The notes beneath the pieces were generated by a model. It was not told the DNA's origin. It did no database searches and was given only the letters and a program-made list of their open reading frames with translations. Below, piece after piece: positions 51,741-64,000 of a stretch of 64,000 bases of DNA; within the stretch, counting starts at the first letter, position 1; each line of letters begins with the position of its first letter. This DNA comes from Isurus oxyrinchus. Lineage: Eukaryota. The position numbers and the translations under genes are program-made. Location: positions 3,782,001 to 3,846,000 of the forward strand of contig JANJGN010000036.1 in assembly GCA_026770705.1 (NCBI GenBank), read 5' to 3'.

Positions 51741-53069
51741 CATCTAGGGTCACAGTGATAGTGGCCATGATTCTATATTAAACCTTCCTCTCCAGCCTTT
51801 TTCTCGCCATCCTTTCAATTCAATGTAATAGAAACTAATCGTAGGAAACTGTAAGCATTTGAAACGTGTTTACAGATGGCTCCAGTCTTTCTTAGCGTCG
51901 GTATCTTTGTCTCTTCTCTCCACTCGAGATGTTAGTTCACCGCCTTTCACCTGCGAATGTCAAGTTGTGTTTGCTTCTTGGTCTGAAATGTTGATTCTTG
52001 TGAATGCACACCCTAGATAATCAAGCTCACAGACAAAAGACAGTCTTTTACAGCCTTTATTAGCCGCAGTAATACAGACCAAACCATATAGCAAATATTG
52101 AATGAATTCATCAAAGGCCTTGAAGATAAAATGTGGGAGATAATTGGTGAAGTATGTAATAGGTCTCCATAGGTTCAGTTTGACAAAGCATTTTAAATAA
52201 CAATCAAGTTAGCAAGACCACCACAATGAACGGAAGGGTTGGTGCTAATTTCCAGGGGAATTGAATTGAAAAGCAGGATAACTATATAAAACGTAAATGT
52301 AACTGTGCTTATAGCGCACACAGCATACTGTTGGCAACATGCAATTATGGCCTTGAAGCAAAGGAATAGGCTGCTCTACAACCAACACTGCGAATTTAGG
52401 AGACGCAGAGCCAGAGTTAAATGATTGAAAGAAGCTGAGAGGAGAAAGGAGACAAATTTCAAACGCACGGTGCAGTTTCGTGCGCCATGCCACAAACTAC
52501 CTTCAAAATAAATATCCAGCATGGGACGTCTTGTACCTTATCCCAAAATTGACGTTTCTGCACATTATTCCAGCAGCTCAATAAAATCACCTCGTTTGAA
52601 TGCCGCCGGGTTGTCTCGCCTCTGATAGACAGTGGTCACCTCTGAATGAACGGTTTGTGTATGAATTTAAACGTTTTACTAGATTGGATAAGCTATAATC
52701 AATTACAGCAATACTGTATGATAAATGCTCAAATGTTTCCCAATAAGCCAATGCTCCCCCAACAATGCATTGCTTCCACAACATGAAAATGGATGGACAT
52801 GGAAAATGTACGCGGCCCGACCACCTCTCTTGGCCAGCACCTGCAATGGCCATGTCTGCTTATCCACCTAATCCAATATTTCCAATGTTAGACTCACGTG
52901 GTGTCTACAGCACAGAAGTATTCCATTCAGCCTTTTGTATCCGTGTTGGATCTGTGAAAGAGGAAGTCACATAGCCCACCCTCTCCCCATCCCCACCTTT
53001 TCTCCACAACCCAATAAATTATTTTTCTTTCTATCTTCTCATAATTATGCAATTTCATAATCCCGGACT

Positions 53070-53760
53070 ATTGCACCAATGGCAACAGTTTCTCCCTATC
53101 CACTGTCTCCAGACACTTCATGATTTTAAATATCACTACCAGCTCTCCTCTCAACTTTCTCTTCTTCCAGGAAAATAACCAAAGTTTCCCCAAACTAACT
53201 TTGGGACCGAAATTCCGTATCCTTGGAACTATTCTCAACAATATTGTCTGCATCCTCTCTAAAGCCTTCACACCCTTCCCAAATTGTGGCACCTGGAATT
53301 GGACGCATTACTCCGGCCGAGGCCGAAATCAATCTTTTTATGCAGGTTTAGTATAACTATGTGTTTTTGTACGGTATGAATAAAATCTTGAATTCCCTGC
53401 GCTGTATTAACTGCTTTGTCAATCTATTCAGTCATATTAAATGATTTGAACACGTGTACAACCAGATGGCTCTGTTAATGCATCCCTTTTAGAATCGCAA
53501 CCTATATTTAATATTGCCTCACCTCGTTCTTCCTAACAAAATGGATCACTTCACATTTCTGTGCATTAAATTTAATCTGCCACCTGTCAGCCCATTCCAC
53601 CACATTGCCCATGTTCCCTTCAAGCCCATCATCTCCCCTACCCAGTTCAGAAAACTTTCAAGTTTTGTGTCAATCGGAAATTTTGAAACTGCATCCTTTA
53701 CACCCATGTCTCGGTCATTAATATATATCAAGAAAATCCCCGGTCCTCAAAGCCGAGTCC
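53070..53760 (-). mobile_element. CR1 LINE RT C-terminal fragment
   Basis: IYINDRDMGVKDAVSKFPIDTKL and PQFGKGVKALERMQ...KLRGELVVIFKIMK. Confidence 0.85.
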
Positions 53761-54225
53761 TGGGTAACTCTAATCTATAATTTCCTGCAGTCTCAATTAA
53801 CTAACAATAATTGCCCTTTTTCATAGGGCCAACTGACCGGAGAGCGATTTCACAATATCTTGATGGCGGGAAGTGTACTTCTTAATTTCTTGAATTTCCC
53901 CATTTTGACAGTTAATCGGCACAAAAATGTTTGTCAAAATTACCCGTTTGTCTCTCATTCCACACCGCTCTATTTCTCCTCCCTCTCTCTCGAAGTAGAT
54001 TCGAAAAACAATCTAACAAGTGTAAGCTTTTGTAAACCCTGACTGATGTGCCAGAATAGAAAATTATGTAGAAAATTGTCGAGCCGTCTTAGAATCAAAC
54101 TTCAAAAATCATGGAGCATGTCTGCGTCTTTCATTATAATCAGTGTTTTGATGAATTGGATGGGGCACAGTTTTAAATATAGACAGGCTGCTCGGGCTAA
54201 ACTATTCAAATGGCTCAACTATTCC

Positions 54226-56700
54226 CTTTCCATAGTGGGATCTCTTGTCTCGAACTCCTGAAAGGAAAACCTTTAATTAGCAATTTAAAACAGCGAGAAT
54301 GGAATCGCATTGGACAACCAATTATGAAAATGTCTCTGATAAACATTGATCCTGACCTGATCTGCCGCTTTTCTGTTTCCCAATCAAAATGAGGATCAAG
54401 ACTAAAACTGGGATCGCCGCCACCATTCTGACAACATTTGGGGTCGGAATGCACCATCCGACAGACACAAAACAATTTGAAACTGCTCCTCGGTCAATCA
54501 TTATTTTCTGGGATTCTCTCATGGGAAACGTGGCCCAGTTAAAAGTCGGTGCTGCAAACAGCCAGTGCGCCAGATCCCGGCTTGTGGACGCACAGAATGA
54601 ATTACATGAAGCAATGGTTTCGAATTGAGAAAATAATTGATGGACAGCACTGTCAGGCTTGGCCCAAAATTATAATGTATCAGTGTAAATACATCTCAAT
54701 GATGTCTACCTGGAAACTGAATTGTGCAATCACAGAATGAACCAATAGACCAGGAGGCAGTTCGGCCCATCGTGTCTGTGCCAGCTCTTTGTGTAAAACA
54801 AAACTCAACATGTTTGGTTCTCTGCCCCTGGAAACAGTTTCTCCGCATTTACTCTGAAAAAAATTCATGATTTCGAACATTACTGCAAAATTTTCCGTTA
54901 ACCTTTTCTGCTCTAAGGAGAACAATCTCAGATTCTCCAACCTCTCCACATTAACTGAAATCCCTCATCCCTGGTCCCATTCTGGTTAATGTACTCTGGA
55001 TCCACTACAAGAAGCTGTTAACTTTCCTTAATATGATGTCCAGAATTGGGTTCAATACTCCAACTGGTGTTTTGCTTCCTCTGTTAATGAGGCCGCGGTC
55101 TCCCCGTGTCTTTTATCCCCCACCTCAACTTGTCCTGCGACCTTCAGAGATTAATATACATGTTCCATTTGTCTGATGATGTGAAACTCGATCCGTTCCT
55201 TATTAACCCAATTTCACTGTCGTTTATTTACACGAGGTTAATGTTGAATCCTACTGCTGATATCACTAACTGATGTTAAAATTAAACTGGATTTTACCAG
55301 GAAAATGGAGATGATAAGGGAGATTCCGGGAAATGAGGAAGGAGATAGGGGGAATTGAACGAGTGTAACGTCCCTGCAGATACATTACTTTCCCCAAAAA
55401 TCTCAACTCTTCACTGTTCTCTCCTTCTATATGCAACTAATCTCAAACCTGTCCCTCATGCACCGCATGAAAGGATGGGGGAAGCAGATTAAATAATAAC
55501 TTCCCTGAGGGAAATCGGATTATTAAGTGGACCATGATGAACGGGAACGTGTTAGAGGACTATTGGGAAAAGATGGGATTATTTGAAAATCCTCTTTCTG
55601 TGCGGTTTCTTGCTATGACTCTAAGTTGTCACACGGGAACTTAAGGCAAGCCAGAGCGTCGTGAAAAGATAACGTCTCCCTCTCGGACACAGGGAATAAC
55701 TAAGTTATTTCAAAACATTGAATGCGCTTTTTACTTAATTATTAGACAAACATAAACGCATTTGTACATAAGTATGCATATAACATATATATTATGCATC
55801 GACAGGCAAATGTACACGCAAACATATAAACAGGTGCACATACACAGATATGCACGCACCCACACATATATACACACAGGCACACATATATGTATGAACA
55901 GGCTTACAAACGCACGCACACTAACACACACACTAACAGACATACACGCATTTGCACACCGAGACACACGCACTCTCTCTCACACGCCCTCCACCTCACA
56001 CACACACACACAAACAACCACACACACACTCACAAATATCTTCATATGTATCCATAGTTATCAGTTTGTCCCGTGGAGATGCTTAATTCGGGCACAGCAG
56101 ATTTTTAGAAATTAGTGAATTCCTGCAACTGATCATATGTATAAAAAACCTTCAATGAACAGATCACCAACTCACTTGTCCCTGTCTCTGCTACTTTGGA
56201 GAACGACACGCTCTTTGCCCAATATTTGGAGACCCCAGTTGAACAATACAAGTTGAGAGGCCGCCGGTTCTCCAGGTTTCAATCCACACGATGACGTGTT
56301 TTCTGGTACTGTAGGTTCCCTCCGCCTCTCTCGTACCTGGATTCTGTAAAGAGCGAGATTACAGTTACATTATGACTTGTTATTGAGGGAAACGAAGCAG
56401 CCGCTTGAAAAGACGTCGCGTGCAATTTAAGAATAGTCACATCATTATCTTTAATTATCCTTGGCTAGATTATTCCTCCAATTTGATTTTATTCAACTTA
56501 TAAGAGGAAGAAGTAAATAAACTCACAGCATCAGGTCCAATTCCTTCACCGGATCACTGGGTCACAATTTCAGATTAGTAAACACAGATTAGTAAACTGA
56601 TCCTGGTTGATTCCAGTTTAAAATTCTCACCCGCCTCTTACTCAGCATAAACCAGCAGCACTTGGAAAATGAGCATCAGAGATAAACATTCCTTGGACAT
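54226..56700 (-). pseudogene. Type B pseudogene (B3) with an internal V-to-C deletion, head-to-head with A2
   Basis: Leader 56700-56646 (MSKECLSLMLIFQVLLVY; donor GT changed to CT). Fused exon 56343-56176 consists of the first V codons (ES) joined to the distal C half (GTYSTRKHVIVWIETWRTGGLSTCIVQLGSP). TM exon 54458-54357. Small exon 54257-~54226. Confidence 0.82.
55760..56040. repeat. CA-rich low-complexity tract
   Basis: Direct inspection. Confidence 0.85.
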
Positions 56701-58867
56701 CTCGACGCGGGGAGTCCTCCCTCTTTTCGCTCTCACCGGTTTGTTGCTGCAGGTGGAGTAGCAACAGACTGACCTGAACTCTGTCCCAGTGAGTTGCTCC
56801 CCTTTCAGATGCGCTGGAAACTATGACGAGCTCTGCTGTGGAAAGTATGACGCGATTTTGAGTGAGGTGTATTGGTGAAGGTCACATGCATTTGACTTGC
56901 TGTGGTTAAAGTCTGTGCGTCACAGCAGTCAAGTGGCAGAATGTTTATAAAGAACTTTACTGGGTTGTCGATCGCGGGGACGGGGGCGGTGGTGGGGCCT
57001 ACGTCACAGAATACGAATTATATGTATGGATGCTGATTATTTCAGTTAAAGATTAATTAATTCTGGGGATGTCAGAGCCGATTGCTAGGCAAGGATGCAT
57101 TAACCATTCCCAGTTGACTCTTGAGGTGGTGGTGGTGAGCTGCCTTCTTGAACTGATGCAGCCCCTGTAGAGTAGGTACACAGACAGTGCTGTAAGGGAT
57201 GAAGCTCCAGGATATTGATTCAGTAAAGGAATTGTGGTTCTTTCCAAGCCAGAATGGTAAGTGGCTTGGAGAGGAACTTGTATTTGGTGGTGTACCCATG
57301 TATTTGCTGACAGGAATTCAGAGCGTTACGGCATTGTGTTCAATATAATCTATTCTGTAAATAGGCTATACAAAGTTCCTGATAAGAACTGTTTAAGTCA
57401 GATTCCTGGATATATTGGTTAAAATGTATTTGGATGGATTTGAATTTTAATTACTCGTACCTCATTCTCCATATCACAAGTTACGCTGAGATCTAGAGTG
57501 GAATTCTAATGGAACAAACACGCTCACTCACTGCACTTATCGAGAATGTATAAGGACGAATCTCTTTCGAATTCAGCTCCACTCCTTAAAGTTCCCTTGC
57601 ACAGCTCTCCTTTCTGTTGAGTCTCATTCAGTGGGTTTTCGACTGACTTATTCTATAATATAAAACACCATTGCTGATTGACCTGAATTTAATGCTCTGA
57701 GATCATCGTTTAATTATATTTGCCAATGATTTATTGATTGACCCCATGATGAGTGTTTCAAACAATCATGAATGTTGCCCTTTATATTGTGCTCTAAGCG
57801 CGTTTACAGCAGTTCAATAGAAAATTAATTGCACAGTTATTACTTTGAAATAGCTGTTAAGCTCCGTTGATGTTACAGTTTACATAGTTACATAGAATTT
57901 ATAGCACCGAAACAGGCCATTCGACCCAACTGCTCGTGCTTGTGTTTATGATCCGCAGAGCCCAGTTTATCTCACCCATCAACATTTCCTTTCATTCATT
58001 TCACCCGCATTTGTTTATTCAGCTTCCCATTTAAATACATCCCTGCAGAATATTCAACCACTCCATGTGGGAGAGATTCCACATTCCCCCTTGTGTCTGG
58101 GTAAAGGGGTTTCCCCTGGGTTCCAGACTAGATTTTACTCATAATAATAACTCCTCGTTTTCGAAGGCCATAGGAACACAGGAGCAGGTCTTGGCCATTG
58201 GGTTGATCCGCCATTCAATATGATCATGGCCTCGATTCCAGTTTCCGGCCTGCAGCCCATTGGCCGTGAACCTTTCACCTAACAAATTCTTTTTAACACT
58301 GGGCCATGAATAAATTGAAAGTCCCATCCGTGACTACCTTCTGGGAAAGAGAATTCTTAACACCAACGACCCGTTTGATTTAAATAAAGCTTGTTATGTC
58401 TGTCTTAAAATGGATACATTTATTATTGATCCTTGCCCTTAGATTTGGACACAACAGAAAATGCCCTCTAGAAGTCCGCCCTTTCAAGGGGAATCGTTGA
58501 ATTCTCGGGGATTCCTGATTGGATTAATTAATCAACAATACTTTTTGAAATCCTGCCGAAGTAGAGCCTTCTTCCCTTCGTCTGCCAAAATAAACAATTT
58601 CAATATTTTAAAGACCTCGACCAGGTCACCCTTCAATCTTTTTTTGCAGAGAAAAGAGCTCCAGCCGGTTCATTCTTTCCTGATATTTATAAGCTCTCAA
58701 TTCTGGAATCATCCTTGTGAAACATCAACAGCACATTTCCAGTATCTCTATCTTTTCTAGAAAATACAGAAGTGTTGTGTAGTACAAGTGTGGTATAACT
58801 TATGTGAGCACATATTTGGTGTACTTTGTAAAACAGGCAATTAGTGCGTGACAGCACTTCGACCTGC

Positions 58868-58943
58868 AATAAACAGGAAAACCACAGAGATCTTTCGGCC
58901 TCGGCACCATTTTCCAACCCTTATCGTGTATCTATTAATAAAC
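58868..58943 (+). promoter_or_regulatory. Putative A2 promoter: ETS (CAGGAA) + RUNX (AACCACA) + TATA-like
   Basis: Paralogous to 16195-16270. Lies 105-180 bp upstream of the leader ATG at 59050. Confidence 0.5.
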
Positions 58944-59049
58944 ACAGAGAGGCGATCGGTCTGCACATTTCACACTTCCTTCACACCGAGAGAAGGCGTG
59001 TTCTCAGTGAGATCGGGTCTCAGAGTCTGACCGTCCGAAGTCCCGGAAA

Positions 59050-62000
59050 ATGAGCTTCCTCGCTGTGTGTGCATTGTCCCATCTCTTCCAGGGTGAGATA
59101 TCCTAACATGTTCAGATAGAGTGAAGGAGGGTATGGGTAGAGTAAATAAGGACAACCTTATTCCTCTTGTAAGAGGGTCAGTACACGGAGGGACGCAGAT
59201 TGAAGAGAATCATGAAAAGAACCAGAGGGGTTTGTTGATGAGAATTTTTTTTTATGCAGCGAGTTGTTATACTCTGGAAGGCGCTGCCTGAAAGGGCGGT
59301 GCAAGCAGATTCAATAGGAACGTTCAAAAGCGGAATTTGATAAATGTTTGAAGGGGAAACATTTGCTGGGATATGGGAGAAAGAGCGGCGTCGTGGGGAG
59401 TGGGGACTAACTGGACAGAAGTTTAAAGAGAAATCACTTTGAAGGGCCGAATGGTCTCCGCCATTCCTCTCAGGTTCTATAAGTTGTAACTCAGGCTGCA
59501 GGTTCAATTTAAAACTCGACCTGATGTATTGGACAAAGTGAATAATGTCGCCTATCAGTCAGGAACAATGGATAGAATTAATCCGAGATGCGATCCGAGG
59601 TTGAAGATCTGAGTTGGTTGCGCTGACATTATTGGCAGATGAGGAGAGGAGAGAGTTTCAGGTAAATCATGAGAGAAAGTTATAGTCTGTTGAACAAAAT
59701 AAAATCTACAAAGTCAGAGATGGGGAGGAAACGAAGGATGGATGAGAGAAAAATAAAACAATTGGGAAATTTTGATTTGAAACAGCTCTTATAAGATATT
59801 GACATCACACAGTTCCTCTTCTGTGCCCCAATGATTAAACCAGATTTGCTGGTGATTGGAGGCGTACTGTGCCTAGGGAAAGGCCAGGGAAAAACAGTGC
59901 AAAAAATCTTAACTATGCACGGGGCGAGTGTGCAAATTTTCGATAAGGACTATTTTAAGTAAATTATTCTGCCTCCTCCCATTCGGACTGTATTCGCCAG
60001 AGGCTGAGTTCAGGGGAAATGGATTGGGATGCGCGGTGACCGGCTGCACAATAACCTGAGGTGACTCCTGTTTTTCCATCTCTTGCTCAGTTTTTGCGTC
60101 TCAGCCCATCGTGCCACAATCTCCGCCAGTTCAGGCACTCCCTGCGGGGAGACGGGCAAAACTGACCTGCCACACGGACAGCTTTGATCCTGCGCTCATC
60201 TTCTGGTACAGACAGCGGGATCAAAACGACATGAAGCTGGTTTACACAGCGAGCAAGTACCACCCAGCAAAGGGGAGATTTTCCAGCGAGATTTCTGAAA
60301 AAGATGGTAATTTTTCACTGATCATTGCGGACACCCGGATAAATGATTCTGGAATGTATTACTGTGTAATCGACAGTTACCAGAACATGGCCTTTATATT
60401 TGGAAACGGCTCCCGGTTGGTCATTATGGGTAAATTTCATCATTATTCCATTGCATTGGACATTTCAACAAAAATTATAAGTGTCTGGTTAATGGAGTTT
60501 ATGTTTCCTTTTCCAAATTTAGAGGGCTCCCCCACCATATTCCTCCTAACCCCGCCAGAGGATGAGATTCCCTCCATGGAAAGCGTCCCCTTGCTGTCTT
60601 TGATCAGAGGCTTGGCCCCCGATTCCTTTCTCGTCCTCTGGAAAGTTTCCGGGCGGGATAGCGAGCGACACACTGATTCTGGGACAATTGAGAGGGACGG
60701 GACCTACACCATCAGGAGTTACACCAGCCTCTCAGCGGAAACTTGGAGCAGTGGCGCCCTCTGTAGTTGCACCGTTGAAATCAACTCCATTGAAAATATT
60801 CTCAATGCAAGTATCTCATCTCAGAGAGGTAGCTATTAACAGTAACAGTTTCCCAATCTATTTACTGCTATTGGGACGCTTTGTTAACATTGTCAATTAG
60901 AAGTCTCCCTCTTTCCGTTTGCGTCCATGTACAGTCAGTTCATCATTGATCTACCAGCGATGTCTCCATCATTCAGAATTCAACTTTCTGAAATTTAACT
61001 CCATCTGTTCTCTCTACCCCGGGGAGCTATGGATGTTCAGCCATTGAAATATGTTTGCATACACTAAGGAAATAAGGGATGTGTACCTTGTGGGAATGTA
61101 AAGTTTATGTAGAACATTAGCCATGGTCTTAATGAATGGTGAATCGGCATTGAGAGGCCGAATGGTCTCCTGTTCCTATCTCCTGTGTTCTTGTGTCTGG
61201 ATTGCCATATTGACATGGTTACATGCCAGTGGCTGACTTTTCATGTGTTGAATTGAAGGGTGTGAATACATTCCCAGTGTACCACTTTGTCTCACCATGC
61301 CTGTGCACAATTATCTAGTCATCTTTCTGGCTACTTAACAATCACGATATTTCTGTCTGTCTTAGTTAAACAGTGAGGTATAAGATATATTCGCTACTTG
61401 TGTATCTACCTGCCTATCAGTCTATTCATCCTTTTTGTTCTCCATCAATTAATGAATATCTAACCTATTGCAGGTTAAAGTACCAATGTCATTTATTTGT
61501 CTATTTGTCTGAGTCTCTCTGTCTCTCTCTCGCTCTGAAACCCTCTCTCTACAACTCCCTCACTCTCCCTGTCAATCCCAGTCCCTCTCGTTGTTAGCCT
61601 ATCACTTTATATCTGTCTCTCGCTCTGTATTTATCAATTGATATATGTATTAATCTTCCTATCTAAAGCACTCTCCCCCTGCTTGTGTTGTCTATTTCTA
61701 TCCTAGTTAAATGGTGCGTTATAAAACATCTCGGACATCCATCTATCTTCTTCTCCCTCGATCTGCCTCCTTACCTCTTTCTATGCATATCTGTGTCTTC
61801 CTCTTTCTCCCTGCTTCTCTCTCTGTCTCCATCACTCTGGCTTCATCAATTTCCTTCCAGATAAACAGTTCCCTATAGATTTCTGTTCTATCTATCACTC
61901 TTGTCGGCTCTCCACCTCTATAGATCTATTTCTCCTTCCATCTCAAACATTTTCTGCCACCCCTATCCTCCCTCCTTATCTCCCGCTGTCTTCACTCATC

Positions 62001-63260
62001 TCTCCCCATCTCTCCCTCTGCTACCCTCTACATTTCAGCCTCCCTACATCTCTCCCTCTGTTCCCTATCTCCCACCTCTCCCGCTCCAAGTCACCCCATC
62101 TGCCCCTCTCTCCCAATGTCTCCCTCCCCAATCTCCCAACTCTCCCACACAACAACGCTTCCTCTCTCCCCTACCTCCCAACTCTCCCTTTCTTCCCATC
62201 TCTCCCATTCACTCGCTCTCTCCCTTGCTCCCTCTCACCCCAGCTGTGCCGCTCTCCAGCATCTCTCCATCTCTCACCTATCACGCTCATCATTTCCGCT
62301 CGCCCCATCTCACCTCTCCCTTTCACTAGCCCCTCTCTCCCTTCTTTCCCCTCCCTCCGCCCTCAGCTCTCTCCTCCTCTCCAATTATTTCTCTCTGTAT
62401 TTCTACCTTTGTTGAACAGTTTCGCATAAGTGAGCTGCTCCCTACATCAGCACCGGATCTGTACATCTCTCTGGCTTAATATTGCTGTGCTATTAAAACA
62501 GTGTCCTATCAATCTCTCGCTCTCATTCTCCTTGTAGCTAGCGCTATTTTATCTGTCTATGTTTCTCCTATTTAAATAGTGTTCTATAATTTCGCTGCTT
62601 TCTCTCGCTTTCCCTCTCCCTCCTTTCCACCTCCTATAATCAGTGGTCTATCCACCTGTCCATCTCTCTTCCTCTCAGTTCCCTGTTTAAGCAGCGTTAT
62701 AATCGATCTCTTCCCCACTGCTCTTGCTATCAACATCTCCATCTATCCCTTTATCTCTTCTCCCTCTTCCTTTCTCTTTCTACTTCTGTCCTCTCTCAAC
62801 ATTGCCCTATAAGATCTCTGCTCTATTTGAGGGTGATGAAATGTGGAAAAATCTATTTCCATTTTCGGGTGAAATTATGCTTTCAGAATTGTCATTTTTT
62901 TCCACTTTTTTAATTAATGCCACAGACTTTCTTTTAAATAAAAGCATTTTTTCGCAGATTCTCTGCGCCCTACCACTTGCAATTTCCCTCCTCCTGGGAG
63001 TTTGTCGGCGGCGGCGCTTCTCCTCCTAGGGATGATCTTTGTGGCCGGGAGAAGGGGCTTCAGGCAGCGCCAAACAGGTAGCTATTGTTGGGAAAAGCTG
63101 TAACTCCGCGGCGCTCTCAATCCATCCATCTATCAATGGTTTCCTGACTCGTCCAGTCTGTCCATTGTGCAATGTAGCCATTTATGCTCAGTTCAAATTC
63201 TTCCTTCTAACAGGCAACACAAATAACGACCAGGAACTGACAGTTTCCAGAGAATACTGA
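59050..63260 (+). CDS. Type A receptor A2: VJ-C1-TM, truncated before the tyrosine-motif exon (truncated variant or young pseudogene)
   Basis: Exons 59050-59092, 60091-60429, 60523-60828, 62958-63077 and 63214-63272 (TGA at 63258-63260), plus the untranslated old last exon 63939-63983 (THYARLAFKVDPTL*). Exon lengths are identical to A1. The C-domain B-strand Cys is changed to Ser (VPLLSLI). Confidence 0.75.
61900..62400. repeat. C/T-rich low-complexity expansion in the A2 intron
   Basis: Polypyrimidine tract. It explains the Pro/Ser-rich spurious ORFs. Confidence 0.85.
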
Positions 63261-64000
63261 CAGAATGAAGAGGTAAAAGAGTGGAATTGTTGTTGCCATT
63301 ACACATGGATGTATTGCACTGAATTTTAATCCAAGGTTGAAAATTCATAATTATAGTTATATGAGTCTAGAAAACATTACGTCCTGGGCACCACAGGATG
63401 GCAGGAACTAGGCTTCAATTCCTGTCGTGAGGGAGATTAAGTGGTGAACTAATCGAGGGGTTAAAGATAATTGAAGGATACTATCGTCTCCATAGAGGGA
63501 AACTAGTTGCCCTGGTGGTGCGGGATTGGGGGCTCGAGGGTGGGTGGGGGATGAGGGTTTCGGTGCAGGGGATGTGTAGCGTGGGTGTGGGGCTGGAGGC
63601 CAGAACAGGGGGTCAGAACGTTAATATTATAGCCAGGACGTGCAGGGGTGATGTCAGGAAACACATAGTCAAAGAAAGGCCAGTGGAAATCTGGAACTCT
63701 TTCCTGTCACAAGCTGCTGGAGCTGCTCACTCAATTGGAAATGTCGAAACTGAGATTGCTTGATTTTTGTTTTGTAAGGAGCTTATGGATTATGGAACCA
63801 AGGTGGTTACCTGTAAGTTATGATGCAGATTCGCCATTGTATAATTGAATAGACTGCAGCGTCCACATGGCCTCCTCCTATGCCTATGAGGATGACATTT
63901 GTTATATTAATATATTTTGTTTTTATTTTTCTCCACAGACACATTATGCCCGCTTGGCCTTTAAAGTGGATCCCACACTCTGATTGGAGAGGAAAGAGGG

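Noticed and set aside
61901-62415. Pro/Ser-rich ORFs
   Set aside because: Low-complexity polypyrimidine intron sequence absent from the A1 intron.

Overview
Eukaryotic, intron-containing genomic DNA. It is most likely a cartilaginous fish (shark/ray), inferred from the CR1 LINE, SINE and Penelope-like repeat families and the Ig-domain sequences. Most entries in the ORF track are noise or LINE fragments. Splicing by eye reveals a cluster of non-rearranging, antigen-receptor-like IgSF genes with six exons: leader, germline-joined VJ domain, C1-like domain, TM, short cytoplasmic exon, and a last exon with a TxYxxL ITIM/ITSM-like motif. There are two distinct subfamilies. Type A has a canonical FGNG J motif; type B has an extra Cys pair in V and an LQNG/LPNG J-like strand. 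One type A gene looks fully intact (16396-19558, 303 aa). A second type A gene (59050-63983) is truncated before its tyrosine motif. Two more type A copies and five type B copies or fragments are pseudogenised. At two places a B(-) copy lies head-to-head with an A(+) copy inside a duplicated block, suggesting a co-regulated, possibly heterodimeric receptor pair of the PRARP/VJ-C1 type evolving by birth-and-death. Other features: a ~4.2 kb tandem duplication, an 84-bp minisatellite, young short insertions with target-site duplications and empty paralogous sites, and one probable exon of an unidentified flanking gene.
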